From Chiloscyllium plagiosum (Eukaryota): a DNA stretch of 31,264 nt. The first letter of the stretch is position 1. Each line of letters begins with the position of its first letter. The notes under the pieces were generated by a model. It had not been told where the DNA came from. It searched no databases and saw nothing but the letters and a program-made list of their open reading frames with translations. The DNA lies in NCBI RefSeq assembly GCF_004010195.1, contig NC_057718.1, positions 1,470,346 to 1,501,609 of the forward strand. The letters are read 5' to 3'. Made by a program: the position numbers and the translations under genes. Below, one piece after another: positions 30,761 through 31,264 of the stretch.

Positions 30761-31264
30761 TCATTTGTGTCTCGATAATGCATCAGCAATCACGTTTTCG
30801 TGACCTGCCACCTGCACAATTGTCAAACTGAATGGCTGCAACAACAAGCTCCATCTAAACAGTCTGGCATTTTTGTCCTTAAATTCTTCCACAAATGTCA
30901 ATGGGTTATGATCAGTGTATACGATTGTCTCAGATGCATTGCTAGTAATACAAACACTGAAATGTTGTAATGCCAACACCAAGTTTAAAGTCTCTTTTTG
31001 CACCGTTGAATATTTCTGTTGACGAACGTTCAACTTCCTGGAAAAATACCCGATGGGTCTTTCTATCCCGTCATCATCCTCCTGCACAAGCACTGCACTG
31101 ACACCCACATCACTGGCATTGATAGCCACCTTTGTGTAATCTAGCGTGGCTAATACTGAGGCAGTGGTTAACACAGTTTTTAGGCTGTCAAATGCCTTTT
31201 GACAGTCTGCTGTCCACTGAAACTTCTTACCCTTCTTTAACAATTCGGTGAGTGGAGCAGCCAC
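30761..31264 (-). CDS. Ty3/gypsy Pol C-terminus (RT thumb/connection plus RNase H), partial, probably defective
   Basis: AAPLTELLKK..FQWT..CQKAFDSLK, NASDVGVSAVLVQ, PIGYFSRKL, YTDHNPL, RLFRWSLLLQ and NVIADALSR, then stop. The first catalytic Asp (DAS) reads NAS. Confidence 0.93.
   Translation of the reverse strand: MAAPLTELLKKGKKFQWTADCQKAFDSLKTVLTTASVLATLDYTKVAINASDVGVSAVLVQEDDDGIERPIGYFSRKLNVRQQKYSTVQKETLNLVLALQHFSVCITSNASETIVYTDHNPLTFVEEFKDKNARLFRWSLLLQPFSLTIVQVAGHENVIADALSRHK

Overview
Repeat-dense vertebrate genomic DNA, most likely from a shark (inferred from HE1/V-SINE-like SINEs, CR1 LINEs and palindromic Penelope-type elements). Host gene content is limited to short exons that the ORF track misses. 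On the + strand are the 3' end of coding exon 1 (22733-22765, cut by a 500-N gap) and exon 2 (24372-24454) of DNAJC27/RBJ. On the - strand is a probable exon (89-506) of a divergently oriented gene, possibly EFR3B. The dominant feature is a 6.3-kb perfectly homogeneous 32-bp tandem array (9431-15720, 196 full units plus a partial one, 197 CCAAT boxes). At its right end it grades into a degenerate CCAAT/GC-box cluster followed by CHR (TTTGAA) and E2F-like motifs in a CpG-rich patch, so it looks like an NF-Y promoter module amplified into a minisatellite; an assembly artefact cannot be excluded. The rest is nested decayed CR1, other LINE and RTE copies, SINEs, solo LTRs, a tRNA-Leu pseudogene, Penelope-type inverted elements with minimal hammerhead-ribozyme-like motifs, and the 3' end of a gypsy element whose pol ends at RNase H (Gmr1-like domain order). 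The three >2,100-aa ORFs are by-products of the array.
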